DNA of 64,000 nucleotides, from positions 72,689 through 136,688 of the forward strand of contig CAZAAL010000002.1 in the NCBI GenBank assembly GCA_964483315.1. Reading direction: 5' to 3'. The notes below the pieces were generated by a model. That model was not told the DNA's origin and did no database searches. It was given only the letters and a program-made list of their open reading frames with translations. Below, piece after piece: positions 38,944 to 48,940 of this stretch. This stretch comes from an uncultured Candidatus Saccharibacteria bacterium. GTDB taxonomy: Bacteria > Patescibacteriota > Saccharimonadia > Saccharimonadales > UBA10212. Each line of letters starts with the position of its first letter. Position 1 is the first letter of the stretch. A program made the position numbers and the translations under genes.

Positions 38944-38965
38944 TTGTTTGTTCTAAAATAATTAC

Positions 38966-39562
38966 ATGAATGATAATTCTTCAATTTTAGTTCCAACCGT
39001 AATCGAACAAGAGGGTCGCTATGAGCGTGCATTCGATATTTATAGTCGCCTATTACGTGACAGGGTTATATTTTTAGGTGATCAGGTTAATGAACACACT
39101 GCCAATTTAGTTGTAGCCCAGATGTTGTTCCTAGAAAACCAAGATGATAAAAAGGATATAATTTTTTATATAAACAGCCCGGGCGGTAGCGTAAGCGACG
39201 GCTTGGCCATTTACGACACGATGCAATACGTCAAATGTGATGTTCAAACAGTTGGCATAGGCCTGCAAGCGTCAATGGGAGCCTTTTTACTGAGTTCCGG
39301 AACTAAAGGCAAACGTACAATCCTACCAAATAGTCGTGTAATGATTCATCAGGTCAGTTCTGGTACACAGGGTCGGGTTTCAGATATGGAAATTGACCTA
39401 AAAGAATCGATAAGACTAAAAAACCTATTAAACGAAATCTTATCTAAGAATACCGGCCAGCCACTTAAAAAGATTCAAGCTGATGTAGAACGTGATTTTT
39501 GGATGACAGCCGAAGAAGCTAAAAAATATGGCGTAGTCGACAAAATAATCAATAAAAAATAA
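38966..39562 (+). CDS. clpP: ATP-dependent Clp protease proteolytic subunit
   Basis: [60 protein letters not shown]. Confidence 0.93.
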   Translation: MNDNSSILVPTVIEQEGRYERAFDIYSRLLRDRVIFLGDQVNEHTANLVVAQMLFLENQDDKKDIIFYINSPGGSVSDGLAIYDTMQYVKCDVQTVGIGLQASMGAFLLSSGTKGKRTILPNSRVMIHQVSSGTQGRVSDMEIDLKESIRLKNLLNEILSKNTGQPLKKIQADVERDFWMTAEEAKKYGVVDKIINKK

Positions 39563-39756
39563 TTGCATACAATTCTACAACACTTTTTTCTAACAATACC
39601 TTGATAATCTAAAGCCTAATCTGTTATTGTAGTTGCAAGAAGTAGTGTACTTTGGCATTTTTGTGTTTGCATGCAAAATTTTATTATCGCCAGATGTAGT
39701 GGGCTTCGCCAAGAAGACATCAATTTTAATAAACAAAGGTAGGAGTATTGCTTTTT

Positions 39757-42700
39757 ATGGCAAAAACCACTGTTACTGCGCCGTCGCGCACGTACTTTAC
39801 CAAGTCGGACGACATTATAGATCTACCAAATTTGGTTGATCACCAAAACAAATCATTCCAATGGTTTGTCGAGGAAGGTCTGGGTGAATTATTAGCCGAA
39901 ATCAGCCCAATCGATGATTACACCGGCCAAAAACTAAGTATAAAATTTAAAGATTATCATTTTGACGATCCAAAACTAACCGAAAATGAGGCTCGCGAGA
40001 ACAACGTTAGTTTTGAGGCTCCGCTTAAAGCCACAATTGAGCTAACAAACAAAGTAACAGGCGAAGTTAAAGACCAAGAAATTTATCTTGGTGATTACCC
40101 GTGGATGACTAGCCGTGGAACTTTTGTAATAAATGGTGCTGAACGTGTAGTTGTAAGCCAACTAATCCGAAGCGCCGGTGTCTTCTTTACATCTGATCAA
40201 CATGGCGCAACCAGGCTTTATGGTGCCAAAGTAATTCCTGGTCGTGGCGCTTGGCTCGAATTTGAAACAGCCGCCAATGGTGCACTTTACGTAAAAATTG
40301 ATCGTAAGCGAAAAATCCCAGTTACTACACTCTTAAGGGCTTTAGGTATGACCGAAGCTCAGATGAAGGATGCATTTAAACATGTCGATACCGGCAAGCT
40401 TAGCCATATCGAAACAACCATCGAAAAAGATCCTGCCAAAGCCAATAACGAAGCCTTAATTGAAGTTTACAGGCGCCTAAGACCAGGCGACCTAGCAACC
40501 GTCGATAACGCCCGAAGCTTGCTAGAAAACATGTTCTATAACTTCAAACGATTCGATTTTAGTCGAGTTGGTCGATATAAAATCAATAAACGCTTAAATC
40601 TAGATGTCCCAAACACTATTGATAATCGTGTTATGCGTCTTGATGATCTGATTGCAATTATTGCTGAAGTTATCAGACTAAATGTAACCCAAGATCCGGC
40701 AGACGATATTGATAGCTTAGCTAACCGACGCGTTAAGCTAGTTGGCGAACTTGTACAAAGGCAGTTTAGGATTGGCTTATTAAGAATGGAACGCAATGCC
40801 AAGGATCGAATGAGCATGAGCGAAATCGAAACTGTTACACCAAGCCAATTAATTAATGCTAGGCCAGTTGTAGCTGCAGTTCGCGAATTCTTTGCCAGCT
40901 CGCAACTTAGCCAGTTTATGGATCAAATTAACCCGATATCAGAGCTTGCGCACAAAAGACGCCTTAGTTCGATGGGTCCTGGTGGTTTGTCACGCGAGCG
41001 AGCCGGTTTTGAGGTTCGTGACGCTCACGCCACCCACTATGGTCGTATTTGCCCGGTAGAAACTCCCGAAGGTGCCAACATTGGACTAGTTTTAAACTTG
41101 GCTAGCTATGCCCGAATTAACGAGTATGGGTTTGTAGAAACACCTTATAGAAAAGTAATTAACTCAGTTACTGCAAAAGATTCAGTTGGCCACATAGCCA
41201 GTGTTGATCTCGAAGATGCTAAAGGCAAAGTTATTGTTAAAGCAGGTAAAACGATTACCTCGGCAGATGCTAAAAAATTGGCCACCATAAAAGAACAAGT
41301 TACTTGGCCAGTTAAAGCTAAAGTTACCAACGATATCGTTTATCTTGACGCTGCGGAAGAAGAACAGTCTGTAATCGCTGGTGCTGGTAACGAGGTAGAC
41401 AGCAATGGCTATTTTGTAGAAGAAAGAATTAGCGTACGTAGCCGACTAACCGCTGGTGAAACTGATGCCAACGATGTCACTTTAATGGATGCTAGCCGAA
41501 GCCAAACAATTGGCTCGAGCGCTGGCTTGATTCCATTTATTGAAAAGAACTATGTATACCGCTCACTGATGGGTGCTAACCAGCAACGTCAAGCCGTACC
41601 GTTAATTAAGCCAGAAAGCCCACTTGTCGGTACTGGTATAGAGCATGTAGTCGCCAAAAATAGTGGTCAGGTTGTTTTGGCCGAAGGCCCCGGCCAAGTC
41701 TTATCTGCTAGTGCCGATGCTGTAGTTGTTAAGTACAAAAATGTTACAAAAACCTATCAGCCTATGCACTTTATTCGCAGTAATGAAGGCACATCAATCA
41801 ACCAGTTTGTAGTTGTATCAACTGGCGATAAGGTCAAAGAAGGCGATGTATTAATCGAGGGTATGAGCATACAGGGTGGCGAGCTTGCTCTAGGTAAAGA
41901 CCTTTTAACGGCCTTTATGCCATGGGGTGGCTACAACTTTGAGGATGCGATTATTTTAAGTCAAAGGTTAGTACAAGACGACACCTTAACTAGTATTCAT
42001 ATTGTTGATTACATGACCGAAGTCCGCGAGACTAAGCTGGGGCCAGAAATCGTAACCCGAGATATTCCAAACGTATCTGAGGAAGCCTTAAGGCATCTTG
42101 ATGAAGATGGAATAGTTCGAATCGGTGCCGAAGTTCACCCAGGCGATATATTGGTTGGAAAAATCACTCCTAAAGGCGAGCAAGAGCTTTCTAGCGAAGA
42201 AAGGCTATTAAGAGCAATCTTTGGTGAAAAAGCTAAAGAAGTTCGTGACACTAGCCAACGAATGAGCAATGGTAAGCATGGTAAAGTTGTTGGCGTTAAA
42301 GTATTCTCGCGCCAAGGTGGGCACGAGCTAAAAGCTGGTGTAATAATGCAAATCCAAGTTTTTGTGGCTCAAATGCGCAAGATATCTGTCGGCGACAAGC
42401 TCGGTGGACGCCACGGTAACAAGGGTGTTGTAGCCAGAATCCTGCCAGTTGAGGATATGCCATTTACGCAGGACGGTACACCAATCGACATTGTTCTTAA
42501 CCCACTAGGTGTGCCATCACGTATGAACATCGGACAGTTGTTCGAAACTCACCTAGGCATGGCTGCAAAAGCTTTAGGTATAAAAGTTGTTAGCCCAGCC
42601 TTTAACGGAGTACCGATTGCAAAAATTCGCGATCTTCTAAAAGAATCTGGTTTGCCTGAAGACGGCAAGCAACAACTCTTTGATGGACGCACTGGCGAAG

Positions 42701-43314
42701 CCTTTAAAGAGCGTACTACTGTTGGTCAAATGTACATGATTAAGTTAAATCACATGGTTAGCGATAAGATACACGCCCGTTCAACTGGCCCGTACACTAT
42801 GGTTACACAGCAACCACTTGGTGGTAAGGCACAAAATGGTGGCCAAAGGTTTGGTGAGATGGAAGTCTGGGCACTCGAAGCCTATGGCGCTGCCCATACT
42901 CTTCAAGAAATGCTAACCATTAAATCTGATGATGTATATGGTCGCGCTAAGGCCTACGAATCAATCATTAAAGGAACCGAAATTCAAGGTCCTAAAGTCC
43001 CAGAAAGCTTTAACGTTCTTGTAAAAGAACTCCAAGGTCTTGGGCTAAAAGTAGATTTAATTGCAAACGATCAAACGATTGACGCCGAAGAAGTTTTAGC
43101 CGAACGCATTAAAGCTGAAGCTGAAGCTCCAGCCGACGAGGCATCAAAATCTGCAACCACAAGTATACCGCTGACCGAAGATGATATTTCTGACGATTTT
43201 ATGCTTGTTGGCGATTCAGACGATGAACTATCGGTCGCAGGCGACGAAACCGAAATCATAATTGAAGAAGACGTGGCCCTTGCCACCGATGATTCAGAAG
43301 GGGAGGAGGCCTAA
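39757..43314 (+). CDS. rpoB: DNA-directed RNA polymerase subunit beta
   Basis: ATG at 39757 follows SD AGGAG. Conserved blocks GTFVINGAERVVVSQL, RLSSMGPGGLSRERAG, GRHGNKGVV, NPLGVPSRMNIGQ. Confidence 0.95.
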   Translation: MAKTTVTAPSRTYFTKSDDIIDLPNLVDHQNKSFQWFVEEGLGELLAEISPIDDYTGQKLSIKFKDYHFDDPKLTENEARENNVSFEAPLKATIELTNKVTGEVKDQEIYLGDYPWMTSRGTFVINGAERVVVSQLIRSAGVFFTSDQHGATRLYGAKVIPGRGAWLEFETAANGALYVKIDRKRKIPVTTLLRALGMTEAQMKDAFKHVDTGKLSHIETTIEKDPAKANNEALIEVYRRLRPGDLATVDNARSLLENMFYNFKRFDFSRVGRYKINKRLNLDVPNTIDNRVMRLDDLIAIIAEVIRLNVTQDPADDIDSLANRRVKLVGELVQRQFRIGLLRMERNAKDRMSMSEIETVTPSQLINARPVVAAVREFFASSQLSQFMDQINPISELAHKRRLSSMGPGGLSRERAGFEVRDAHATHYGRICPVETPEGANIGLVLNLASYARINEYGFVETPYRKVINSVTAKDSVGHIASVDLEDAKGKVIVKAGKTITSADAKKLATIKEQVTWPVKAKVTNDIVYLDAAEEEQSVIAGAGNEVDSNGYFVEERISVRSRLTAGETDANDVTLMDASRSQTIGSSAGLIPFIEKNYVYRSLMGANQQRQAVPLIKPESPLVGTGIEHVVAKNSGQVVLAEGPGQVLSASADAVVVKYKNVTKTYQPMHFIRSNEGTSINQFVVVSTGDKVKEGDVLIEGMSIQGGELALGKDLLTAFMPWGGYNFEDAIILSQRLVQDDTLTSIHIVDYMTEVRETKLGPEIVTRDIPNVSEEALRHLDEDGIVRIGAEVHPGDILVGKITPKGEQELSSEERLLRAIFGEKAKEVRDTSQRMSNGKHGKVVGVKVFSRQGGHELKAGVIMQIQVFVAQMRKISVGDKLGGRHGNKGVVARILPVEDMPFTQDGTPIDIVLNPLGVPSRMNIGQLFETHLGMAAKALGIKVVSPAFNGVPIAKIRDLLKESGLPEDGKQQLFDGRTGEAFKERTTVGQMYMIKLNHMVSDKIHARSTGPYTMVTQQPLGGKAQNGGQRFGEMEVWALEAYGAAHTLQEMLTIKSDDVYGRAKAYESIIKGTEIQGPKVPESFNVLVKELQGLGLKVDLIANDQTIDAEEVLAERIKAEAEAPADEASKSATTSIPLTEDDISDDFMLVGDSDDELSVAGDETEIIIEEDVALATDDSEGEEA

Positions 43315-43315
43315 G

Positions 43316-46300
43316 ATGCGCCGATATAATTCAGGAACAAACATATCAGACTTTGATGCTGTAAGGTTGGCTGTTGCTAGCCCAGAAGACATCCTAGACT
43401 GGAGCCACGGCGAAGTTACAAAGCCAGAGACCATCAACTATCGAACCCAAAAACCAGAGCGAGACGGCCTGTTTTGTGAGCGTATTTTTGGACCAGTTAA
43501 AGACATTAATCCGCACGACGCAAAATACAAAGGCGTTCGTAGCCGTGAGGCGGCTGTTGATAAAAACGGTGAATTGGTTACTAAATCAATTGTCCGTCGT
43601 GAGCGTATGGGTCACATTAACCTAGCCAGCCCTGTTGCTCACATTTGGTTCTTACGTGGAACTCCTAGCGCAATCGGGCTTTTACTAGGCATGACCGTAA
43701 AAAGCCTTGAGCGAGTTGCATATTTTGCGAGTTATATCGTAAAAAGTGTCGACATTGAAAAGCGCGATCAAATGCTTGCCGACAAAGAAGCCGAATTCGC
43801 GGCAGCCGAGCAAGCTATTAAAGCCAGATACGAAGATGAATCTAAAAAAGACGGTGCTAACTTAAAAGCCTTAGCCGAAATGCAAACCAAAGAACTCGAA
43901 GAGTTGGGTGTAGAGTTCGAAACGTTTAAAACTCAAATAGATAGCCTAGAGCGCTTAAGACTAATGAGCGAGTCTGATTACCGTAACCTAACTGATGAAA
44001 TGCAAGATATTATCGAGGTAGGCATGGGCGGAACTGCCCTTAAAGAGCTTCTTGAGCAAGTCGACCTAGAAAAATTGATTAGCGACCTAAACGAAGAAGC
44101 CGAAGCCGCCAAAGGCCAACGTAAAAAGAAAATAATGAAGCGTCTAAGGCTTTTAGAAAGCATGCATCGGGCTGGCATTAAGCCAAGCTCAATGTGCGTA
44201 AGTGTATTGCCGGTAATTCCACCCGATCTACGCCCAATGGTTCAGCTAACTGGTGGACGCTTTGCTACAAGCGATCTAAACGACCTATACCGTCGCGTAA
44301 TCAACCGTAATAACCGACTCAAAAAACTAATTGACTTAAACGCACCCGAAGTTATCCGCCGCAACGAACAGCGAATGCTACAAGAGGCAGTCGATGCCCT
44401 AATCGACAACAACAGCGCTCGGAGCGGCCGAGCAGTCGCAGCAACTGGGCAGCGACGCCGACTAAAAAGCCTAAGCGATATGCTTAAAGGCAAACAGGGT
44501 CGATTCCGACAAAACCTACTCGGTAAGCGAGTCGACTATTCTGGCCGTAGCGTAATCGTGTCTGGACCTGATCTTAAAATGTTCCAGTGTGGATTGCCAA
44601 AAATGATGGCTCTGGAACTATTCAAGCCATTTGTAATTGGAAGATTAATCGAGCAAGAATTTGCGCACAACATTCGTAGTGCTACCAGAATGATAGAAAT
44701 GGGCGAAAGCGAAGTCTGGGATGCCCTAGACGAAGTAATTAAGGGCAAATACGTGCTACTAAACCGAGCACCAAGTCTTCACCGCCTTTCAATACAGGCT
44801 TTTCAGCCAGTGCTTATCGAAGGTAAGGCTATCCAGCTTCACCCTTTGGTATGTAAAGGCTTTAACGCCGACTTCGACGGCGACCAAATGGCCGTTCACT
44901 TGCCATTATCTGATTCGGCACAAGCTGAAGCCAAAGACATAATGGCTGCTAACAAAAACCTTCTAAAACCAGCCGATGGCTCGCCAATTTTACACGTCGA
45001 GCAAGATATTGTTCTTGGCTGTTACTACCTTACCTACGAACGACCGGGTACAGAAGAAGCAACTGCTAAACCATACTCTAGTCTTGATGAAGCTCACCTA
45101 GCATACGAAGCAGGTGCCATAAGCCTGCAGACCAAAATCAGCGTGCCATTTAGAGGCGAAAACCGTAACACTACACTTGGTCGACTATTGTTCAACGAAG
45201 TCTTCCCTGAAGATTTTCCGTTCCAAAACGAAGCCATGGCTAAAAAGAAACTAGCCGGAGTTATGGCTCTTGCTTACAGCATGTACGGTCAAGACCAAAC
45301 TGCCGAAATAGCCGACGAACTTAAAAATGTAGGCTTTTACTTTGCGACGTTATCCGGACTTTCAATGGGTATGAGCGACTTCTCTGACATGAAAGATCTT
45401 GACAAACTTGTTACAGCCGGCGAGCAACGTGCAACCGAAATTTCAAAACAATACGATGCCGGATTCATAAATGATGACGAACGATACCGATTAACTGTTG
45501 AAACATGGTTTGATACCAACGCCAAAGTGCAAGAATCTTTAGCCGAGCAATTCAAGGGCGAAGACACAACCATGTCCATTGCTGTTGCCTCAGGTGCCCG
45601 TGGAAACATCTCGCAAATGAAAGACAGTGTCGGAATGCTTGGTGTCATGGTGGACACCACAGGTCGCTCAATTGAGCTACCAGTTCGTAGCAACTATAAA
45701 CAAGGGCTTAGTCCTCTTGAATATTTCACAGCCACACGTGGTACACGCAAAGCCTTGATTGATATTGCACTTAGAACAGCCGACTCAGGATACTTAACGC
45801 GTCGCTTAGTTGATGTTGCTCAAGATGTCTTTACAACTACAGAAGAAGCCGAAGACCCAGGTTTTCCAGTCTATCGAAGCGATTCTAAATTGATTGGTGT
45901 AACACTTGGTAGTCGTCTTGAAGGTCGCTATATCGCCCAAGCTGTTAAGCCACACGCTAAAAAAGGTCAGCTAATTACTAAAAAAATTGCTGATGCGATT
46001 GATGCCGATGAGTCTATTGAATCTGTACGGATTAAAAGTGCGCTAAGTTGCACATCTGTGCGCGGTGTAAGTAAAGAAAGTTACGGTGTTGATCTTGCAA
46101 CTGGCGAAGTAGTTGCTGAATCGTATCCTATCGGTGTTATTGCTGCCCAAAGTATCGGTGAGCCCGGAACACAGCTTAGTCTAGACTCAAAACACCGTTC
46201 AGGTGGCTCAATCGTAACTGATGACGTAACAAAAGGGTTGCCTCGTGTTGAAGAGCTTTTAGAAGTTCGTACACCAAAAGGTCAAGCCTATTTAACTGAC

Positions 46301-47143
46301 ATTAACGGTGTAGCCAATGTATGGGAAGAAGGTGATCATTATGTTATTCAGGTAACTGCCGATGAACAAAAAACCATTAAATTTACGCTTGGAACAAGAG
46401 TCGCTAAAGTTGCCGATGGCAGTGATGTTGCAATTGGTGATGTAGTTGCATCGAATGAAGATGGCTCCGAACCACAAGTTTCGCCAATGGCCGGCAAGGT
46501 TTCGGTTACTGGTAGCCAAATTAAAATTGTACCTAGCGCCAAAAGTCTTGTCAGATACGAAATACCTGGCTATAAACAATTACTTGTAAAAGACGGCGAA
46601 CATGTTGAGGCTGGTCAACGTCTAACCAGCGGTTCGATTAACTTGCATGAGCTTATGCGCCTGCAAGGTGTTGAAGCAACTCAAAGATACATCATGACCG
46701 AAATTCTTTACATCTTTGCTAGCCAAGGTCAAAATATCGCCGACAAGCATCTTGAAGTAATTGTCAGACAAATGTTCAGTCGCGTCCAGATCGAAGAATC
46801 AGGCGATAGCGAATTTGTAACAGGTGACATTGTTAGCAAGCTAGCGGTTGTCGAAGCTAACGAGCGCTTAGCTGAAGAAGGCAAGCAATTAGCCAAATAT
46901 AACCAGTTACTGCTAGGAATAACCAAGGCAAGTCTATCAACCGATTCATTCCTTTCTGCAGCAAGCTTCCAAGACACAACAAGAGTATTGATTGCCGCTT
47001 CTACTAGCGGTAAAGTCGATCATCTGTTTGGTCTAAAAGAAAACGTGATTCTTGGTCGACGAATCCCAGTGGGAACCGGTGCTATTGACCCGGATGAACA
47101 GTCCGAAGAAGTTGACGAATCGGCCGAAGTTGTGGTAGAGTAA
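43316..47143 (+). CDS. rpoC: DNA-directed RNA polymerase subunit beta'
   Basis: ATG at 43316 follows SD GGGAGGAGG, 1 nt after the rpoB stop. [12 protein letters not shown] catalytic motif. The track start at 43262 lies inside rpoB. Confidence 0.95.
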   Translation: MRRYNSGTNISDFDAVRLAVASPEDILDWSHGEVTKPETINYRTQKPERDGLFCERIFGPVKDINPHDAKYKGVRSREAAVDKNGELVTKSIVRRERMGHINLASPVAHIWFLRGTPSAIGLLLGMTVKSLERVAYFASYIVKSVDIEKRDQMLADKEAEFAAAEQAIKARYEDESKKDGANLKALAEMQTKELEELGVEFETFKTQIDSLERLRLMSESDYRNLTDEMQDIIEVGMGGTALKELLEQVDLEKLISDLNEEAEAAKGQRKKKIMKRLRLLESMHRAGIKPSSMCVSVLPVIPPDLRPMVQLTGGRFATSDLNDLYRRVINRNNRLKKLIDLNAPEVIRRNEQRMLQEAVDALIDNNSARSGRAVAATGQRRRLKSLSDMLKGKQGRFRQNLLGKRVDYSGRSVIVSGPDLKMFQCGLPKMMALELFKPFVIGRLIEQEFAHNIRSATRMIEMGESEVWDALDEVIKGKYVLLNRAPSLHRLSIQAFQPVLIEGKAIQLHPLVCKGFNADFDGDQMAVHLPLSDSAQAEAKDIMAANKNLLKPADGSPILHVEQDIVLGCYYLTYERPGTEEATAKPYSSLDEAHLAYEAGAISLQTKISVPFRGENRNTTLGRLLFNEVFPEDFPFQNEAMAKKKLAGVMALAYSMYGQDQTAEIADELKNVGFYFATLSGLSMGMSDFSDMKDLDKLVTAGEQRATEISKQYDAGFINDDERYRLTVETWFDTNAKVQESLAEQFKGEDTTMSIAVASGARGNISQMKDSVGMLGVMVDTTGRSIELPVRSNYKQGLSPLEYFTATRGTRKALIDIALRTADSGYLTRRLVDVAQDVFTTTEEAEDPGFPVYRSDSKLIGVTLGSRLEGRYIAQAVKPHAKKGQLITKKIADAIDADESIESVRIKSALSCTSVRGVSKESYGVDLATGEVVAESYPIGVIAAQSIGEPGTQLSLDSKHRSGGSIVTDDVTKGLPRVEELLEVRTPKGQAYLTDINGVANVWEEGDHYVIQVTADEQKTIKFTLGTRVAKVADGSDVAIGDVVASNEDGSEPQVSPMAGKVSVTGSQIKIVPSAKSLVRYEIPGYKQLLVKDGEHVEAGQRLTSGSINLHELMRLQGVEATQRYIMTEILYIFASQGQNIADKHLEVIVRQMFSRVQIEESGDSEFVTGDIVSKLAVVEANERLAEEGKQLAKYNQLLLGITKASLSTDSFLSAASFQDTTRVLIAASTSGKVDHLFGLKENVILGRRIPVGTGAIDPDEQSEEVDESAEVVVE

Positions 47144-47263
47144 ACAAGCTAAATATTAGGAGTAACGGCGTCGCCTAAAAATGTAAGGACGCATTAATAT
47201 CAGCAGGTGTTTGGTAACAGGCATAAAACCATACACTCGAGATAAAATCTTTAAGGAGTAAAT

Positions 47264-47680
47264 GTGCCAACAATTAACCAATTAGTTCGTAAACCGCGTA
47301 AAAGCGCCAGCTCAAAAAGCAAATCACCGGCTCTTCAACGTGTTACAAACAATCTAAAAACTAAAAGTTACGAAAAGGCATCGCCATTTAAGCGCGGTGT
47401 TTGTATTAGGGTAACTACAAAAACTCCTAAAAAGCCAAACTCGGCTTTGCGCAAAGTTGCCCGTGTTCGTTTAACCAATGGCTACGAAGTTTGGGCATAC
47501 ATTGGTGGCGAAGGTCACAACTTGCAAGAACACGCCGTTGTATTGGTCCGTGGTGGTCGTGTAAAAGACCTCCCTGGTGTTAGGTATCACATCGTTCGTG
47601 GCTCTCTTGATCTTCAAGGAGTACAAAACCGCAAACGTGGACGAAGCAAATACGGCGCCAAAAAAGAAGGGAGCAAATAA
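47264..47680 (+). CDS. rpsL: 30S ribosomal protein S12
   Basis: [12 protein letters not shown]...[27 protein letters not shown] upstream. GTG start. Confidence 0.95.
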   Translation: MPTINQLVRKPRKSASSKSKSPALQRVTNNLKTKSYEKASPFKRGVCIRVTTKTPKKPNSALRKVARVRLTNGYEVWAYIGGEGHNLQEHAVVLVRGGRVKDLPGVRYHIVRGSLDLQGVQNRKRGRSKYGAKKEGSK

Positions 47681-47922
47681 TGTCTGAATTCGCACACACC
47701 CCAGATATGGGCGAAGAGTTTTTACCCGGTCAAGAGGTTCCTGAAAATATTAGGCATCTGATCGAGGATAGTGTAAGAGACGGCGCAACAGACACTCAGC
47801 TTTATGCAGCGTTTGGCAAAAAAACTGTCGCAAGGGTTGCTCAAAGACATCCTGATCTCTTTGATGTGCCCGGCACTGGTCCAGATATTTACAGAAATTT
47901 AACTACAACGAGGGGTAATTAA
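47680..47922 (+). CDS. Hypothetical acidic 80-aa protein inserted between rpsL and rpsG
   Basis: TAATG overlap with the rpsL stop. SD GAAGGGAG 7 nt upstream. Its stop lies 1 nt before the rpsG ATG, and the rpsG SD (GAGGGG) is inside its 3' end. Confidence 0.6.
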   Translation: MSEFAHTPDMGEEFLPGQEVPENIRHLIEDSVRDGATDTQLYAAFGKKTVARVAQRHPDLFDVPGTGPDIYRNLTTTRGN

Positions 47923-47923
47923 A

Positions 47924-48403
47924 ATGCCTCGAAAAACCACAAAATCTTTAGTACGTGAAGTTCAACCGGATCGCATATACGGTAGCAAACAAGTTACTAA
48001 ACTTATAAATCGCGTCATGCAAAACGGTAAAAAGCAAATTGCCGAGCGTCTAGTTTACGGCGGAATGCAAGAAGCTGCCGATAAACTTAAAGTTCAAAAT
48101 CCACTAGAGGTTTTTGAGCAAGCTATGAAAAATATCCAACCAAGCGTAGAGACTCGGTCACGACGTGTTGGTGGCGCTAACTATCAAATCCCGTTCGAGG
48201 TTAAAGGCCAACGCCAGCAACACCTTACAACTATGTGGTTTGTTGAGGCTGCCAGGGCTCGAAAAGGTATGAGCATGAAGAGTCGAATTGCCCTTGAGTT
48301 GATTGACGCTTACGGTGGCACAGGCTCAGCTGTTAAAAAGCGTGAAGATGCTCACAAGATGGCTGAGGCTAACCGAGCTTTTGCTCACTTCGCCCGTACT
48401 TAA
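47924..48403 (+). CDS. rpsG: 30S ribosomal protein S7
   Basis: MPRK...GKKQIAERLVY...ETRSRRVGGANYQIPFEV...KREDAHKMAEANRAFAHF. Confidence 0.95.
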   Translation: MPRKTTKSLVREVQPDRIYGSKQVTKLINRVMQNGKKQIAERLVYGGMQEAADKLKVQNPLEVFEQAMKNIQPSVETRSRRVGGANYQIPFEVKGQRQQHLTTMWFVEAARARKGMSMKSRIALELIDAYGGTGSAVKKREDAHKMAEANRAFAHFART

Positions 48404-48522
48404 CGGCCAACATCTGGAGCGAACTACTTCGTCAGTTTTTCCGTTGCTCCTTCGGAGTATGTAAAATACACCTTAGTGCGCTACTCAAAACTTCCTTGTA
48501 TTTCATCGCCAGATATCGCCCT
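48404..48522. repeat. Long imperfect inverted repeat immediately after rpsG (possibly related to the E-element family)
   Basis: Left arm GGCCAACATCTGGAGCGAA and right arm TTCATCGCCAGATATCGCC are roughly complementary. Apex GCTCCTTCGGAGTA. It shares TAAC(C)GGCCAAC and ACTCAAAAC with the element after rpsJ. Confidence 0.3.
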
Positions 48523-48593
48523 TAGAAAACTAACAACTATTTACTAAATACTAAATCAGGTGTATATATGAGGGTGGAAGGAGGCAACTCGCA

Positions 48594-48854
48594 ATGCCTA
48601 ACACTTTATTAGAACTAAATGATTTGCCAGACGGCGATCCAGCGCTCGGCGCTTTGGTGCAACAAAATAAACTATATGAATCCTCTGAACTATGGGAAGA
48701 GGGTGTAAAAAGTATAGAAGCAACTCCTCATCAAACGATTTTTGGGGGCATAAAAGAGGTGGTAAACAACCATCTAAAAGTAAGTGCTTTAGTTTTTGGC
48801 GCAGGCTCAGTGTTAATCGGCGCGGCGGCTGGTAAAAGAGTTGTAGCTAGATAA
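48594..48854 (+). CDS. Hypothetical 86-aa protein with a C-terminal hydrophobic segment
   Basis: SD GGAAGGAGG 8-10 nt upstream of the ATG. C-terminus VSALVFGAGSVLIGAAAG. Confidence 0.5.
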   Translation: MPNTLLELNDLPDGDPALGALVQQNKLYESSELWEEGVKSIEATPHQTIFGGIKEVVNNHLKVSALVFGAGSVLIGAAAGKRVVAR

Positions 48855-48940
48855 ACCAGTTTAATCTGGAAAAATAATTAACATTACTGTATAATCATTC
48901 ACGAATCGAAAAGTGTTAATTAACTAAGGACTGATTTTTT

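Noticed and set aside
39633-39839. 68-aa ORF upstream of and overlapping the rpoB start; the track rpoB start at 39748 and rpoC start at 43262
   Set aside because: The SD-supported ATGs at 39757 (rpoB) and 43316 (rpoC) give canonical N-termini. The alternatives overlap neighbouring genes or promoter sequence.
43978-46977. Numerous 60-120 aa antisense or out-of-frame ORFs inside rpoC, with similar ones inside rpoB, clpC, fusA, tuf, recG, radA and the PBP gene
   Set aside because: They are fully contained within strongly supported conserved genes, have low-complexity Ser/Arg/Leu-rich translations and lack start signals. These are typical shadow ORFs.
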